NCBI GenBank assembly: GCA_050916045.1
Contig: CP051526.1
Coordinates: 3,424,001 to 3,488,000 of the forward strand
Direction: 5' to 3'
DNA length: 64,000 nt
Source of the DNA: Tepidisphaera sp.
GTDB taxonomy: Bacteria; Planctomycetota; Phycisphaerae; Phycisphaerales; UBA1924
Shown in pieces: positions 53,502-64,000 of the stretch. The position numbers and the translations under genes were made by a program. The notes beneath the pieces are model-generated. The model ran no database searches, was not told the DNA's origin, and saw only the letters and a list, made by a program, of their open reading frames with translations. Each line of letters starts with the position of its first letter. Position 1 is the stretch's first letter.

Positions 53502-55475
53502 GTGAAGGATTCACGGCTTTCTTCGAGCACGTGGCGGGTTCCCGGACGGACGAAATCGCTTTGCGCGGCGTTCGTGCTGGTGGTCTTGGGGATCGGGCTT
53601 CTCAACCCGGCGTTCTTCTCGCTGGCAAGCCTGACGGGCTTTCTTTCCTCGATCGCGCCGATCGTGATCATCGCGATCGGCTTGGGGTTGGTGGTGCTGG
53701 CGGGGGAGATCGACATCTCCGTGGGATCGCTCTACGGCACGCTCGCGGCGCTGCTCGCGGTTCTGGCGTCGCCGAGTCACGCGGGCTGGCCGGTCGTTCC
53801 GTCCGTGGGACTGGTGATCGCGGCCGGGGCTCTGGCCGGCGGGATCAACGGCGTACTCACGGTGTACGGGCGGATCCCGTCGATCGTCGCGACGCTGGGC
53901 ACGATGTCGGTCCTTCGCGGGGTGACGGAGCAGATCCTGAGCGGAGAGTGGGTGACGGATCTTCCGCCGGGGCTTCGCGTGCTGGGCACGGGCTCGATCG
54001 GGAACCTGCCGACCTCGGCGTGGGTGGCGGCAGCGGTGGTCTTCGCGGGGTGGAGGCTGACGCGGCGCACGCGGCTTGGCGTTCACCTGTACGCGACCGG
54101 GGATTCACCGCTGGCGGCGCGGTTCGCCCGCGTGAACACCAAGCTCGTCAAGCTTGCCGCGTTTGCGATGTCGGGGGCTTTGGTCGGTGTCGCAGTGGTC
54201 TTCAGCGTGCCGCAGCTCTCGGTGGTCGAATCCGGACTCGGCGTCGGTCTTGAGCTTGCGGCGGTGACGGCGATCGTTGTGGGCGGGGTCTCGATCTCGG
54301 GAGGGCGTGGGTCGCTCGTGGGCGTCGCGGCGGCGGCGGCGCTGCTTGGGCTTGTCCGTCCCGCGCTGATCTACGTGCCCCGAGCGTTCTCGCCCGAGGG
54401 ATCCGCCGCGGGCAACGGCGCGGGCATCGCTTCGTGGGAGCAAGCCATCCACGGCGGGTGCATCCTCCTCGCGGTCGCGCTCGACCGCTCGAACGCGTCC
54501 AAGGCCGCTCCCTCGGTTGATCACGCCGCCGTGAGAAGCTCGCCGCCATGGGGATTGGCGATTCTGCTGCTCGCCGTGCTGGCGTGGGCCCGCTGGGTAT
54601 CGCCCGAGTTCATGACCGTAAGCACCCAGGCGCAGCTTGCTCCGCAGCTCGCGGAGGTCGGGCTTCTGGCGGTTGCGATGACGCTGGTCCTCCTCACGGG
54701 AGGGATCGATCTCTCCGTGGGTTCGGCCATGGCGCTTGCGGCGGTCGCGGCGGGGCTCGCTCACGAAGCGGGGGCACCCCCGCTTGTCGCGGCGACGGCG
54801 GCGCTCGCGACGGGCGCGGCGTGCGGGATGGTCAACGGCCTGTTCATCACGCGGGGCAGCGTCCACCCGCTGGTGGTCACGCTCGCGACGCTCGCTCTGT
54901 TCCGCGGGCTCGCGCTGGGCGTCAGCGGCGGGCGGCCGATCTCGGGCTTTCCCGCGAGCTGGACCGATCTCGGCACGCAGCGTCTGCTCGGGGTGCCCGT
55001 CGTGCTGATCCCGGCGCTCGCGGCGGCCATGCTGGTGATCTTCGCGCTCGCCCGAACCTCAAGCGGCTTGGCTCTGCGGGCGACTGGCGTGAACGAGACC
55101 GCGGCGCGATACTGCGGCCTTGCGGTCGATCGTCTCAAGCTCTCCGCGTACGCGCTGGCCGGAGCCGCTTCCGGCCTCGCCGCATGCCTGTTCATCGCCC
55201 GGCGCAACACGGCGAAAGCCGACATCGGCGTGGGGATCGAGCTTGAGGTGATCACCGCGTGCGTGCTGGGGGGCGTCAGCCTGGCGGGGGGCAAGGGGGG
55301 CGTGGGCGGCGTGATGCTCGGCGTCGTACTTCTCCACGAGATCCGCCAGTTTGCCGCGTGGCGCGGGTACAGTGACGATCTCATCCTGATCGTGCTGGGC
55401 GCGGTGCTGATCGCGAGCGTCCTGGCTTCCCAGATCCGCTTCCCTGCGCTCTTTCCCAAGAGGAAATCACCATGA
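53502..55475 (+). CDS. Fused double sugar ABC permease (two RbsC-like domains)
   Basis: Two copies of the G(E/G)IDxSVGS, TLxT and ELxxxTAxxxGGVSxxGGxG motifs. Confidence 0.88.
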   Translation: MKDSRLSSSTWRVPGRTKSLCAAFVLVVLGIGLLNPAFFSLASLTGFLSSIAPIVIIAIGLGLVVLAGEIDISVGSLYGTLAALLAVLASPSHAGWPVVPSVGLVIAAGALAGGINGVLTVYGRIPSIVATLGTMSVLRGVTEQILSGEWVTDLPPGLRVLGTGSIGNLPTSAWVAAAVVFAGWRLTRRTRLGVHLYATGDSPLAARFARVNTKLVKLAAFAMSGALVGVAVVFSVPQLSVVESGLGVGLELAAVTAIVVGGVSISGGRGSLVGVAAAAALLGLVRPALIYVPRAFSPEGSAAGNGAGIASWEQAIHGGCILLAVALDRSNASKAAPSVDHAAVRSSPPWGLAILLLAVLAWARWVSPEFMTVSTQAQLAPQLAEVGLLAVAMTLVLLTGGIDLSVGSAMALAAVAAGLAHEAGAPPLVAATAALATGAACGMVNGLFITRGSVHPLVVTLATLALFRGLALGVSGGRPISGFPASWTDLGTQRLLGVPVVLIPALAAAMLVIFALARTSSGLALRATGVNETAARYCGLAVDRLKLSAYALAGAASGLAACLFIARRNTAKADIGVGIELEVITACVLGGVSLAGGKGGVGGVMLGVVLLHEIRQFAAWRGYSDDLILIVLGAVLIASVLASQIRFPALFPKRKSP

Positions 55476-56539
55476 ATCACGCTTGTCTCGGTCGCTTCGC
55501 CCGCCGGATTTTCCTCTCGCTCGCGCTGGGCTCGGCTTTCGCGCTGGCTGCGTGCGACAACAAGCCGGGCGCTCCGGCACCCAAGCCCTCCGACAAGCCG
55601 GCGGCCGGTCCCGCTTCGGGCAAGCCGCTCAAGGTCGGCCTGCTTCCCAAGAAGAAAGGCGTCCCGTACTTCACCTCCTGCGCCAAAGGAGCCGAGGAAG
55701 CCGCCAAGGAACTCGGCATCGAGCTCGTCTACGACGGCCCCACCGACGGCTCGGCCGAAAAAGCCGCTTCCATGATCGAGCGCTGGACCGCCCAGGGCTT
55801 TGACGTCATCGCCGTCAGCCCCAACGACCCGAGCGTCCTCGCCCCGGCGATGAAAGCCGCCCGCGCCAAGGGCATCCACGTCATCACCTGGGACGCCGAC
55901 GGAGATGCCGACGCCCGCTCGTTCATGGTCAGCCAAGCCACCTCGCAGGAGATCGGCTTCGCTCTCGTCGACACCATGGTCAAGGACCTCGGCGGTCCCG
56001 AGAAAGCCGCAGGCGACTTCGCGATCGTCACCGCTTCCCTCACCGCCGCCAATCAGAACGAGTGGATCTCGTTCATGAAGGAACGCCTCAAGACCTACCC
56101 CACACTCAACCTCGTCGAGATCAAGCCCTCCGACGAGAAGCAGCCCGTCGCGTTCCAAGCCACCAAGGACATGATCGCCGCTTACCCCAAGCTCCGCGGA
56201 GTCTGGGGCATCAGCAGCGTCTCCTTCCCCGCCGCCGCCGAAGCCATCAAGCAGTCCGGCAAAGCAGGCCAGATCCTCGTCACCGGACTCTCAACCCCCA
56301 ACGACATGAAGCCCGCCGTCAAGGACGGCACCGTCGCTTCCGTCATCCTCTGGAACACCGTCGACCTCGGCTACCTCACCATCCACGCCGCCCACGCCGC
56401 CGCCAAGGGAGACCTCAAGCCCGGAAGCACGACCCTCAAAGCCGGCCGCCTCGGCGAGAAGAAGATCGACGGCGACAAAATCCTCCTCGGCGACATCCTC
56501 GTCTTCACCAAGGACAACATCGATCAGTTTGACTTCTGA
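55472..56539 (+). CDS. Sugar ABC substrate-binding lipoprotein (RhaS/LsrB-like)
   Basis: Lipobox LAAC; K....PYF, ITWDAD, ANQNEW, ILWN..DLG, FTKDNIDQFDF. Confidence 0.88.
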   Translation: MNHACLGRFARRIFLSLALGSAFALAACDNKPGAPAPKPSDKPAAGPASGKPLKVGLLPKKKGVPYFTSCAKGAEEAAKELGIELVYDGPTDGSAEKAASMIERWTAQGFDVIAVSPNDPSVLAPAMKAARAKGIHVITWDADGDADARSFMVSQATSQEIGFALVDTMVKDLGGPEKAAGDFAIVTASLTAANQNEWISFMKERLKTYPTLNLVEIKPSDEKQPVAFQATKDMIAAYPKLRGVWGISSVSFPAAAEAIKQSGKAGQILVTGLSTPNDMKPAVKDGTVASVILWNTVDLGYLTIHAAHAAAKGDLKPGSTTLKAGRLGEKKIDGDKILLGDILVFTKDNIDQFDF

Positions 56540-57702
56540 TGTTCATCGCCCAGGCCCATTCCTTCACGCAGCAAGCACGCCTTGCGATCACCCTCGCGTG
56601 GGTCGCGGGGTTCACGAACATCATCGCCGTCCTGACCTGCGGGCATGTGGTTTCCCACGCTTCGGGCACGGCTTCGGACCTGGGCCGCTTTGCGGTGACC
56701 CAATCCTGGAACCCGCTCGCGTTCGCCTGCTTCCTGCTTCTGACGTTCCTCGCGGGTGCGATCCTGTCTGGATTCACGACCGAGCTGGGTCGGCGTCGCG
56801 GCTGGGAGTCGATGTACGTTCTGCCGATGGTGCTTCAGGCGCTCCTTCTGACCGGCTTTGCCGCGATGGTGAACCTTCACGAGACCGACGCGACCGAAAC
56901 CGGAGCCCGGCTTTTCGTCATGACCGGCCTGGCATCGGCGGCGATGGGGCTTCAGAACGCGACGATCACGCGGATCTCTTCCGGTGTCGTCCGGACGACA
57001 CACGTCACGGGTGTCCTGACCGACCTGGGCACCGAGCTTGTCCAGTTCCTCTGGTTCCTTCGCGACGCGCGGCGCAGGGGCGGCTCCGCCCGACAGGTCC
57101 TGCTCGAGATGCGCAAGCACCAGGGGTCCCGGCGGCTCGCGCTCCTGGCGTCCATCCTCCTCTCCTTCGCGGTCGGAGCAGGTCTGGCCACCCTCGCATA
57201 CACCCACGCCCATCGGCTCGCCATGTTCCCGCCGGTCCTCTTCCTCCTCTGGATCATCGCGCAGGACCTCCGGCGGCCCATCGCGGAGATCGAACCCGCC
57301 GAGATCACAGCCGATCTGGGCTTGGAGCTGCCTCCCGGCCTGCTGGTCGTCCACCTGAAACACGATTCGGACCGCCCGGGCGCGGTGCAGCGTCTGCCGG
57401 ACCTGATGGCGTGGCTGGACCGCCTCACCCCCACGGCCCGGGTGATCGTCCTTGATCTGGACAAAGTCACACGGATGGATGAGGACTCCGCGCTCGAGCT
57501 TCGGGCCGCGCTCCGCCGTTCCAAAGCTGAGGGCCGCCGACTGATCCTGGCCGGCATCTCCCCCGCCGAGTTCCGCGAGCTTTCCAAAGCAGGGACTGAA
57601 AGCCTCGACCCCCTCTCCGCCTGCACCGACCTCGAACTCGCCATCGCCCGCGGGATGGGCCTTCTTGCACATCTTGACGGCGAAACCGCCCCCAAAGTTT
57701 GA
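56539..57702 (+). CDS. YoaK/DUF1275 membrane protein with C-terminal STAS-like domain
   Basis: [37 protein letters not shown]. Confidence 0.8.
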   Translation: MFIAQAHSFTQQARLAITLAWVAGFTNIIAVLTCGHVVSHASGTASDLGRFAVTQSWNPLAFACFLLLTFLAGAILSGFTTELGRRRGWESMYVLPMVLQALLLTGFAAMVNLHETDATETGARLFVMTGLASAAMGLQNATITRISSGVVRTTHVTGVLTDLGTELVQFLWFLRDARRRGGSARQVLLEMRKHQGSRRLALLASILLSFAVGAGLATLAYTHAHRLAMFPPVLFLLWIIAQDLRRPIAEIEPAEITADLGLELPPGLLVVHLKHDSDRPGAVQRLPDLMAWLDRLTPTARVIVLDLDKVTRMDEDSALELRAALRRSKAEGRRLILAGISPAEFRELSKAGTESLDPLSACTDLELAIARGMGLLAHLDGETAPKV

Positions 57703-57832
57703 GGGTGACGCGGCGGCGGTCTATGCTGTGGAAGTTTGCGCCGATCGGCACGGATCGCGAGGGCGAAAGTGCCCAAGCGGCACCGTTCCCGCTCTGTTCC
57801 ACCGACCTCCGACCGTCTCCGAAGGGGCCACG

Positions 57833-60800
57833 ATGCCGAAACGCACCGACATCAAAACCATCCTCGTCATCGGCTCCGGGCCCATCGTCATCGGCCAGGG
57901 ATGCGAGTTCGACTACTCCGGCACCCAGGCGTGCAAAGCCCTCAAACAAGAGGGGTACCGGATCGTCCTCGTCAACTCCAACCCAGCCACCATCATGACC
58001 GATCCGGCTTTCTCGGATCGCACCTACATCGAGCCCATCAACGCCGAAGCCGTCCGCAAGATCATCGAACTCGAGAACTCCCGCGCCGAGCAGGGCCTCC
58101 CCGGATACGCCCGCATCGACGCCGTCCTCCCCACCCTCGGAGGTCAGACCGCCCTCAACGTCGCCTGCAAGCTCTGGGACGACGGCACGCTGACCGAGTT
58201 CGGCGTCGAGATGATCGGAGCCAACCGCGAAGTCATCCACCGCGCCGAGGACCGCCAGATCTTCAAGGAGATCTGCGAGAAGATCGGCCTGAGGCTCCCC
58301 AAAGCCAAGACCGTCAACACCATCGAAGACGCGATGGACTTCCAGCGGGAGATCGGCCTCCCCGCCATCATCCGTCCCGCCTTCACCCTCGGCGGCACCG
58401 GCGGCGGCATCGCTTACAACCTTGAGGAGTTCCGCGAGATCTGCACCCGAGGCCTCGCCGCTTCGATGATCGGTCAGATCCAGATCGACCAGTCCGTCAT
58501 CGGCTGGAAGGAATACGAGCTCGAAGTCGTCCGCGACAAGAAGGACAACTGCATCATCGTCTGCGGCATCGAGAACATCGACGCCATGGGCGTGCACACC
58601 GGCGACTCCGTGACCGTCGCTCCGATCCTGACGCTCACCGACAAGGAATACCAGCAGATGCGCGACGCCGCGTTCGCCATCATGCGAGCGGTCGGCGTCG
58701 AGACCGGCGGGTCCAACGTCCAGTTCGGCGTCAACCCCAACCCCAAGCCCGGCCCCGACGGCAAAAAGCCCTTCGAGATGGTCGTCATCGAGATGAACCC
58801 GCGCGTCTCGCGGTCCTCGGCGCTGGCTTCCAAAGCCACCGGGTTCCCCATCGCCAAGATCGCCGCCAAACTCGCCGTCGGTTACACCCTCGACGAACTC
58901 AAAAACGACATCACCGGCACGACCTCGGCCTGCTTTGAGCCCACGATCGACTACGTCGTGACCAAGATGCCCCGGTGGACGTTCGAGAAGTTCCCCGACG
59001 CCGACGAGACGCTCACGACGCAGATGAAATCCGTCGGCGAAGCGATGGCGATCGGCCGCACGTTCAAGGAGAGCTTCCAGAAGGTCATCCGCTCGATGGA
59101 CATCAAGCGGTTCGGCCTGGGCCTGGACCGCAACGACAAGTGGCTCACCGCGATGCGAGCGGTCGAGCATGGACAGCTCGTGCTCGATGTGATGGGGAAC
59201 CCCGCGGCTCCCGCCACCAAGAAAACGGACGAGTCCAGCCCCACCGGCCTCCGAACCGCCGACGGCTCGCCGATCGAGTGGCCCATCCCCTCCGACAAGC
59301 TCAGCCGCAAGCTCGCCGTGCCGAGCCAGGGCCGGTTGTACTACGTCCGCTACGCGATGAAGATGGGCTGGTCGATCGAGAAGATCCACGGCCTCACGCA
59401 CATCGACCCTTTCTTCCTCGACCAGATCCAGCAGCTCGTCCAGTTCGAGGAGATCCTCTGCAACTACCGCAAGCTCGCGGATGTGCCCGCCGAAGTCCTC
59501 TTCGAAGCCAAGCAGCTCGGCTACTCCGACGCTCAGCTCGCGTGCTTGTACCTCGGCAAGATCACGCCCGAGACCATCCTCGAAGTCCGTGAGCATCGCA
59601 AACGCCTCGGCATCGAGCCCGTCTACAAGCTCGTCGATACCTGCGCGGCCGAGTTCGAAGCCGTCACCCCGTACTACTACTCGACGTACGAGCGCGGCGC
59701 GGACGGCGCCTCGGCCTATCGCGGCGACGACGAGATCCGCATCACCGACAAGAAGAAGGTCGTCATCCTTGGCGGCGGCCCCAACCGCATCGGCCAAGGG
59801 ATCGAGTTCGACTACTGCTGCGTCCACGCGGCTTTTGCAGCCAAGGACCTCGGGTTCGAATCGGTGATGATCAACTCCAACCCGGAGACGGTCTCGACCG
59901 ATTACGACACGAGCGACCTTCTCTTCTTCGAGCCGCTGACGCTTGAAGACACGGTCAACATCATCGAGCGACTCAACGGGCAGTCACTCTCGCGCGGCAA
60001 GCCCGCCCACCGCGTCCACGGCACCATCGTCCAGTTCGGCGGCCAAACGCCCCTCAATCTCGCTCACGGCCTCGTGCTCGCGGGTGTGCCCATCATCGGC
60101 ACCTCCGTCGACTCGATCGACCTCGCCGAGGACCGCGACCGGTTCGACAAGGTGCTCGAAAAGCTCCACCTCCACCGCCCGCCCGCCGGCATCGCCCGCT
60201 CCATCGAGGAAGCGGTCACCATCGCCAACCGCATCGGCTACCCCGTGCTTCTCCGCCCCAGCTACGTCCTCGGCGGCCGCGGCATGGAGATCTGTAGCGA
60301 CGAGAAAGCCATCCGCGCCTTTATCCAGAACGCTCTCAAGGTCTCCGACCTCGACGGTGCCCCGGTCCTCATCGACAAGTTCCTCTCCTCCGCCACCGAG
60401 GTCGATGTCGATGTCGTCGCCGACGGCGAGACGGCGATCATCTCCGGCGTCATGGAGCACATCGAGCACGCCGGCATCCACTCGGGCGACTCGGCGATGT
60501 CGATCCCCGCGTACAGCCTCAAACCCGCCCTGATCACCGAGATCAAACGCATCGGCACGTCGCTCGCCAAAGAACTCGGCGTCCGCGGCCTCATGAACCT
60601 CCAGCTCGCCATCAAGCACGACGACACCAAGCCCGACGGCAGCGGCGACAAAGCCTACATCCTCGAGGTCAACCCCCGCGCCAGCCGCACCGTCCCCTTC
60701 ATCTCCAAAGCCGTGCACGTCCCCTGGCCCGCCATCGCCGCCAAGATCATGATGGGCAAGACCCTCAAGGAACTGGGCGCGAAAGAGACCACCCTCCTCA

Positions 60801-61378
60801 ACGCCTACGCCGTCAAAGAGTCCGTCTTCCCCTTCGCCAAGTTCCCCGGCGTCGACTTCGTCCTCGGCCCCGAGATGCGGTCCACCGGCGAGGTCATGGG
60901 CATCGACAAGTCCTTCCCCATCGCGTTCGCCAAAAGCCAGATGGCCGGCGGCATGGACATCCCCACCGACCCCAAGCGCGGCGGCATCTTCGTCTCCGTC
61001 CGCGATGAGGACAAGCAGGAGATCGTCGGCGCGGTCCGCACCCTCGCCGCCATCGGGTTCACCATCTACGCCACCGGCGGCACCGCCGACGCTCTGCAAG
61101 CCGCGGGCATCCCCGTCTCATTGCTCCAGAAGATCGCGACCGGCGCCCGCCCCAACGTGCTTGACCTGATGGCCAACAAGCAGCTCGCCCTGATCATCAA
61201 CACCCCGACCAAGACCGGCTACCTGACGGACGAGGGCAAGATCCGCGCCACCGCCGTCCGCCTCAACATCCCGATGATCTCGACCATGCCCGCGGCGCAC
61301 GCGATCGCCCGCGCGATCGTCGCCCTCCGCGAGACCGGCTGGGGCGTCGCGGCTCTCCAGGATTACGCGAGCACGTGA
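57833..61378 (+). CDS. carB: Carbamoyl-phosphate synthase large subunit
   Basis: [37 protein letters not shown]; duplicated ATP-grasp domains; C-terminal MGS-like domain. Confidence 0.97.
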   Translation: MPKRTDIKTILVIGSGPIVIGQGCEFDYSGTQACKALKQEGYRIVLVNSNPATIMTDPAFSDRTYIEPINAEAVRKIIELENSRAEQGLPGYARIDAVLPTLGGQTALNVACKLWDDGTLTEFGVEMIGANREVIHRAEDRQIFKEICEKIGLRLPKAKTVNTIEDAMDFQREIGLPAIIRPAFTLGGTGGGIAYNLEEFREICTRGLAASMIGQIQIDQSVIGWKEYELEVVRDKKDNCIIVCGIENIDAMGVHTGDSVTVAPILTLTDKEYQQMRDAAFAIMRAVGVETGGSNVQFGVNPNPKPGPDGKKPFEMVVIEMNPRVSRSSALASKATGFPIAKIAAKLAVGYTLDELKNDITGTTSACFEPTIDYVVTKMPRWTFEKFPDADETLTTQMKSVGEAMAIGRTFKESFQKVIRSMDIKRFGLGLDRNDKWLTAMRAVEHGQLVLDVMGNPAAPATKKTDESSPTGLRTADGSPIEWPIPSDKLSRKLAVPSQGRLYYVRYAMKMGWSIEKIHGLTHIDPFFLDQIQQLVQFEEILCNYRKLADVPAEVLFEAKQLGYSDAQLACLYLGKITPETILEVREHRKRLGIEPVYKLVDTCAAEFEAVTPYYYSTYERGADGASAYRGDDEIRITDKKKVVILGGGPNRIGQGIEFDYCCVHAAFAAKDLGFESVMINSNPETVSTDYDTSDLLFFEPLTLEDTVNIIERLNGQSLSRGKPAHRVHGTIVQFGGQTPLNLAHGLVLAGVPIIGTSVDSIDLAEDRDRFDKVLEKLHLHRPPAGIARSIEEAVTIANRIGYPVLLRPSYVLGGRGMEICSDEKAIRAFIQNALKVSDLDGAPVLIDKFLSSATEVDVDVVADGETAIISGVMEHIEHAGIHSGDSAMSIPAYSLKPALITEIKRIGTSLAKELGVRGLMNLQLAIKHDDTKPDGSGDKAYILEVNPRASRTVPFISKAVHVPWPAIAAKIMMGKTLKELGAKETTLLNAYAVKESVFPFAKFPGVDFVLGPEMRSTGEVMGIDKSFPIAFAKSQMAGGMDIPTDPKRGGIFVSVRDEDKQEIVGAVRTLAAIGFTIYATGGTADALQAAGIPVSLLQKIATGARPNVLDLMANKQLALIINTPTKTGYLTDEGKIRATAVRLNIPMISTMPAAHAIARAIVALRETGWGVAALQDYAST

Positions 61379-61385
61379 TCTCCCC

Positions 61386-61408
61386 GTAGCATGGGCTTCC
61401 AGCCCATG
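61386..61408 (+). repeat. GTAG-type REP-like palindrome / bidirectional hairpin between convergent genes
   Basis: GTAG followed by catgggct-tcc-agcccatg. Confidence 0.55.
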
Positions 61409-61413
61409 TTTTC

Positions 61414-63426
61414 TTATCGCGTCGTCATCGCGTCAAGTTCGCCCCACCGCACGGCGAGTTCGAGGTACGCCAGGTCTTTCGCATCGATCACGCCGCTTCG
61501 ATCGACATCCGTCGGCGTCTGGTTCTGCGCGTACATGTCCTCGGTGTCCACGCGGCCGTCACCGTTCACATCAAACGTCGGCCACGCCGTGGCAACCGGC
61601 GTCGAAAGCGCGTCAAGCTCCGCCACCGTCACGAACCGCTGCGTGCCGCCCGCCGTCCCGCTCACGCGGATCCCGGTCGCGACCACCGGCGCCGCAAGCA
61701 CCGCGTCAATCCGCTGGAACGGCTTCGACGCGTCAAGCGGCGTCACCGACGAAGTCGCGACCGTCGTCCACACGCCGCCGATGCGTGCTTCGAACGCGAC
61801 ATTCTCGAACCACCCGCCCTGCTGGCCGGACACGTCAAAGTGATCGCCTTCGATCATCCGGATCGTGTGCACCATCACCGCCCGGTCGTACGTCACGCTC
61901 AGCGTGATCTGATTCCCAGGCGGAGCGGTGCTGTTCTGCGACGACGTGAAGTTCGCAAGCCCATCCGCCGGCTCACGCCCCGCCGCATCGTGCTCCAACC
62001 CGTTCGCGAGGTTCGCCGGGCTCCCGATCGCCCCCTGCCCGCCCGGCGGGCTCCCGAAGAAACTCGTCGCCCCCGTCACCGTCCCGCCCGCTCGACGCGC
62101 CTGCACGTTGGCGCTCCGGGCATCATCGCTCCCCGCGTTGTTGGAGAGGTTGAACGCGAGCTGCTGCCCGCTCGGGCCCATCGCAATCGGCGGGGGCAAA
62201 AGCCACTTCCCGCGAGCCGAATCCACGCGCCCACCCGCGTTCACCACCTGCCGCTCGACCGCCGGAAGCATCCGCGCCGCCATCAGCGTGAACGTGTCCT
62301 GCGCCGCCGCATCCCCCGGCAGGTAATCCGGCATGCCATCCCGCGTCCGATTGATGTCGAACCGATCCGAGAAATTCGTGCCCGGAAACTGCGCGACCAT
62401 CCCCTCGTACCCCAGCATGAACCCGATCAGCCCGCCCAGCGTCGCCGTCGCGTTGTCGCTATCCCAGCCGAAAAGCGTGCAGATCCGCACCGTCTTGCGA
62501 TAGTCCCCCTCGCCGTAAAGCAGCCCCGCGCAAAGCCCCGCGAAGTTCACACTGCTCTCGTACCAGTTGCGATACCGGAACCCGTTCGCCGCCGCGTTGA
62601 GGTGGTACCGCTGGTACACCGCGTCGCGCGTGCTCTCCCAGTCGTTCTTGTCCGGATTCGTGAGATAGCTCGCCAGCACGAAGTCCGCGATGTCCGCCGT
62701 CTTCGACGAGTTTGGAACGAACCGCCGCGCCTCGTCGAACATCCACCGAAGCCGGTCGCCAAGCGGTCGATCCCGCGGCGCCGTCGCCGCAAGCGAGTAA
62801 AGCACCGCGTGAAACTGCGCCGCGTGCATCGCGTACCCGTGGCTCGTCGCCCGAATCGCCGGATCCCCAAGCACCAGCGCCCGCTCGGGCATCCCCGGGC
62901 ACATCAGCCCGAAAAGCTCCGTCGTCAGCTGTGCATCAATCGCCAGGCTGTCCGCGTTCGCCGTCTGCATCCCCGTCATCGGCGGCACCACTCCGCGCCC
63001 CATCAGCGTCCGCGCCCGCGCGTTGCTCACCCAGATGAATCGGTTGATGTGCGCCACCCACGACTGTCGGATCTGCTCCGGTTCGAGCGCAAGCGGCGCC
63101 ACCGCCGGCATTCCCACCGCCCGCATCTCGTGCAGATACACATACTCCACGTCCGTGTCGTCATCCGCAAGCCACGGATTCTGCGTCAGCACGAAATCGA
63201 TCAGGATCCCGTCCCGAACCTGCCCCCAGTCCGCATCCGTGAAAAACGGAGGATTGATCCGCCGCCCCTCCGTCCGCAAACCCGTCCAGTTCGCGATGCA
63301 CTGCCCCAGCCACATCGCTCGAAGCCGCCCCGCATACTCCGCCCGGTCCACCAATCGGTCACCTTGCCCCAGCGCCGTCGCCGCCATGCATGCGATGACC
63401 AACAAGACCGGAAGCGAGCGTTTCAT
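61414..63426 (-). CDS. Secreted ADP-ribosylglycohydrolase-fold protein with discoidin-like and dockerin-like domains
   Basis: Signal peptide; LADDDTD, IDAQL..E, GWDSDNATAT.GG; DVNGDG...DVDRSG. Confidence 0.78.
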   Translation of the reverse strand: MKRSLPVLLVIACMAATALGQGDRLVDRAEYAGRLRAMWLGQCIANWTGLRTEGRRINPPFFTDADWGQVRDGILIDFVLTQNPWLADDDTDVEYVYLHEMRAVGMPAVAPLALEPEQIRQSWVAHINRFIWVSNARARTLMGRGVVPPMTGMQTANADSLAIDAQLTTELFGLMCPGMPERALVLGDPAIRATSHGYAMHAAQFHAVLYSLAATAPRDRPLGDRLRWMFDEARRFVPNSSKTADIADFVLASYLTNPDKNDWESTRDAVYQRYHLNAAANGFRYRNWYESSVNFAGLCAGLLYGEGDYRKTVRICTLFGWDSDNATATLGGLIGFMLGYEGMVAQFPGTNFSDRFDINRTRDGMPDYLPGDAAAQDTFTLMAARMLPAVERQVVNAGGRVDSARGKWLLPPPIAMGPSGQQLAFNLSNNAGSDDARSANVQARRAGGTVTGATSFFGSPPGGQGAIGSPANLANGLEHDAAGREPADGLANFTSSQNSTAPPGNQITLSVTYDRAVMVHTIRMIEGDHFDVSGQQGGWFENVAFEARIGGVWTTVATSSVTPLDASKPFQRIDAVLAAPVVATGIRVSGTAGGTQRFVTVAELDALSTPVATAWPTFDVNGDGRVDTEDMYAQNQTPTDVDRSGVIDAKDLAYLELAVRWGELDAMTTR

Positions 63427-63491
63427 ACCCCAGTATCGCACGCTTCCACCTCCGCGCCAAGAAGAATGCCCCCCCGACGATCAATTCCCCG

Positions 63492-63851
63492 CTAAACCCG
63501 AGCCCCCGTCGAGAGCTTCATCAGAATCTCCGGCATGTCCCGATCGAACATCCCCCGCGTCATCACCCCGTCCGCTCCCGCATCCCGTGCCGCCTGAAGC
63601 AGCCCGCGCTCCACATGCGGCCCGAACGCAAGCACCCGGATCGGCTTCTGCTCCTGCCGCGCCCGCCCGATCATCGCCATGGATTCCTCGGGTTTGTCCA
63701 GGTCCACCACCAAAGCCACAACCTCGCAGTCCGCAAGCCGGGCTTCCAGCATCTCCACCGAACGCACCGGCCGGCAAGGCAGCCCCAGAGCATCCGCATG
63801 CCCCTTGATCTTGCTCGCCCACATCAAATCCGCCGCCAGGTACAGGATCAT
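63492..63851 (-). CDS. Atypical receiver-like (CheY-fold) conserved protein
   Basis: ADLMW.SKI, LVVDL, VLAFGPHV...LQAA..AGAD. Confidence 0.6.
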   Translation of the reverse strand: MILYLAADLMWASKIKGHADALGLPCRPVRSVEMLEARLADCEVVALVVDLDKPEESMAMIGRARQEQKPIRVLAFGPHVERGLLQAARDAGADGVMTRGMFDRDMPEILMKLSTGARV

Positions 63852-64000
63852 GGCGGCAGCGTACGGACCCTCCCACCGGCATCGACGGGCCCCTCAACGC
63901 CTACTCGACCAAAATCCGTACCAGACCACCCCGATTGTTCCTGAAAGCGTTCCACCAGCAGGCCCAAACTTGCCTTCTCGGGCCGGTTCGCGGCTATCAT

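Overview
GC-rich bacterial chromosomal window, most likely from a Planctomycetota of the class Phycisphaerae. This is inferred from C-terminal 'GC-type' dockerin proteins, prepilin/DUF1559-like genes, a VPAPG PEP-CTERM-like protein and CxxCxYDL..CPEC Zn-ribbon membrane proteins. Housekeeping genes are scattered rather than in their usual operons: dksA-like, lspA, rpsL-rpsG, fbaB, truB, ribD, rlmKL, adk, rpmA, dnaA with two perfect DnaA boxes, carB, and tRNA-Leu(CAG). There is also a ParDE pair and a P-loop ATPase/small-ORF pair. The most notable elements are: (1) a divergent RbfA-like gene translationally coupled to rtcB, behind a sigma70 promoter, a 16-codon leader peptide and an SD-sequestering stem, a candidate ribosome-repair operon; (2) a cobalamin riboswitch heading a PEP-CTERM-like / beta-propeller-dockerin / pseudopilin operon with no TonB-dependent receptor or BtuFCD; (3) a TAnnnT hexamer 5-9 nt before the start codon of 17 genes that lack a well-placed SD, suggesting widespread leaderless mRNAs; (4) a candidate unannotated ~165-nt structured ncRNA; (5) several small ORFs missing from the ORF track. 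No CRISPR array, rRNA, transposase or integrase was seen. All calls come from reading motifs by eye; no database search was run.
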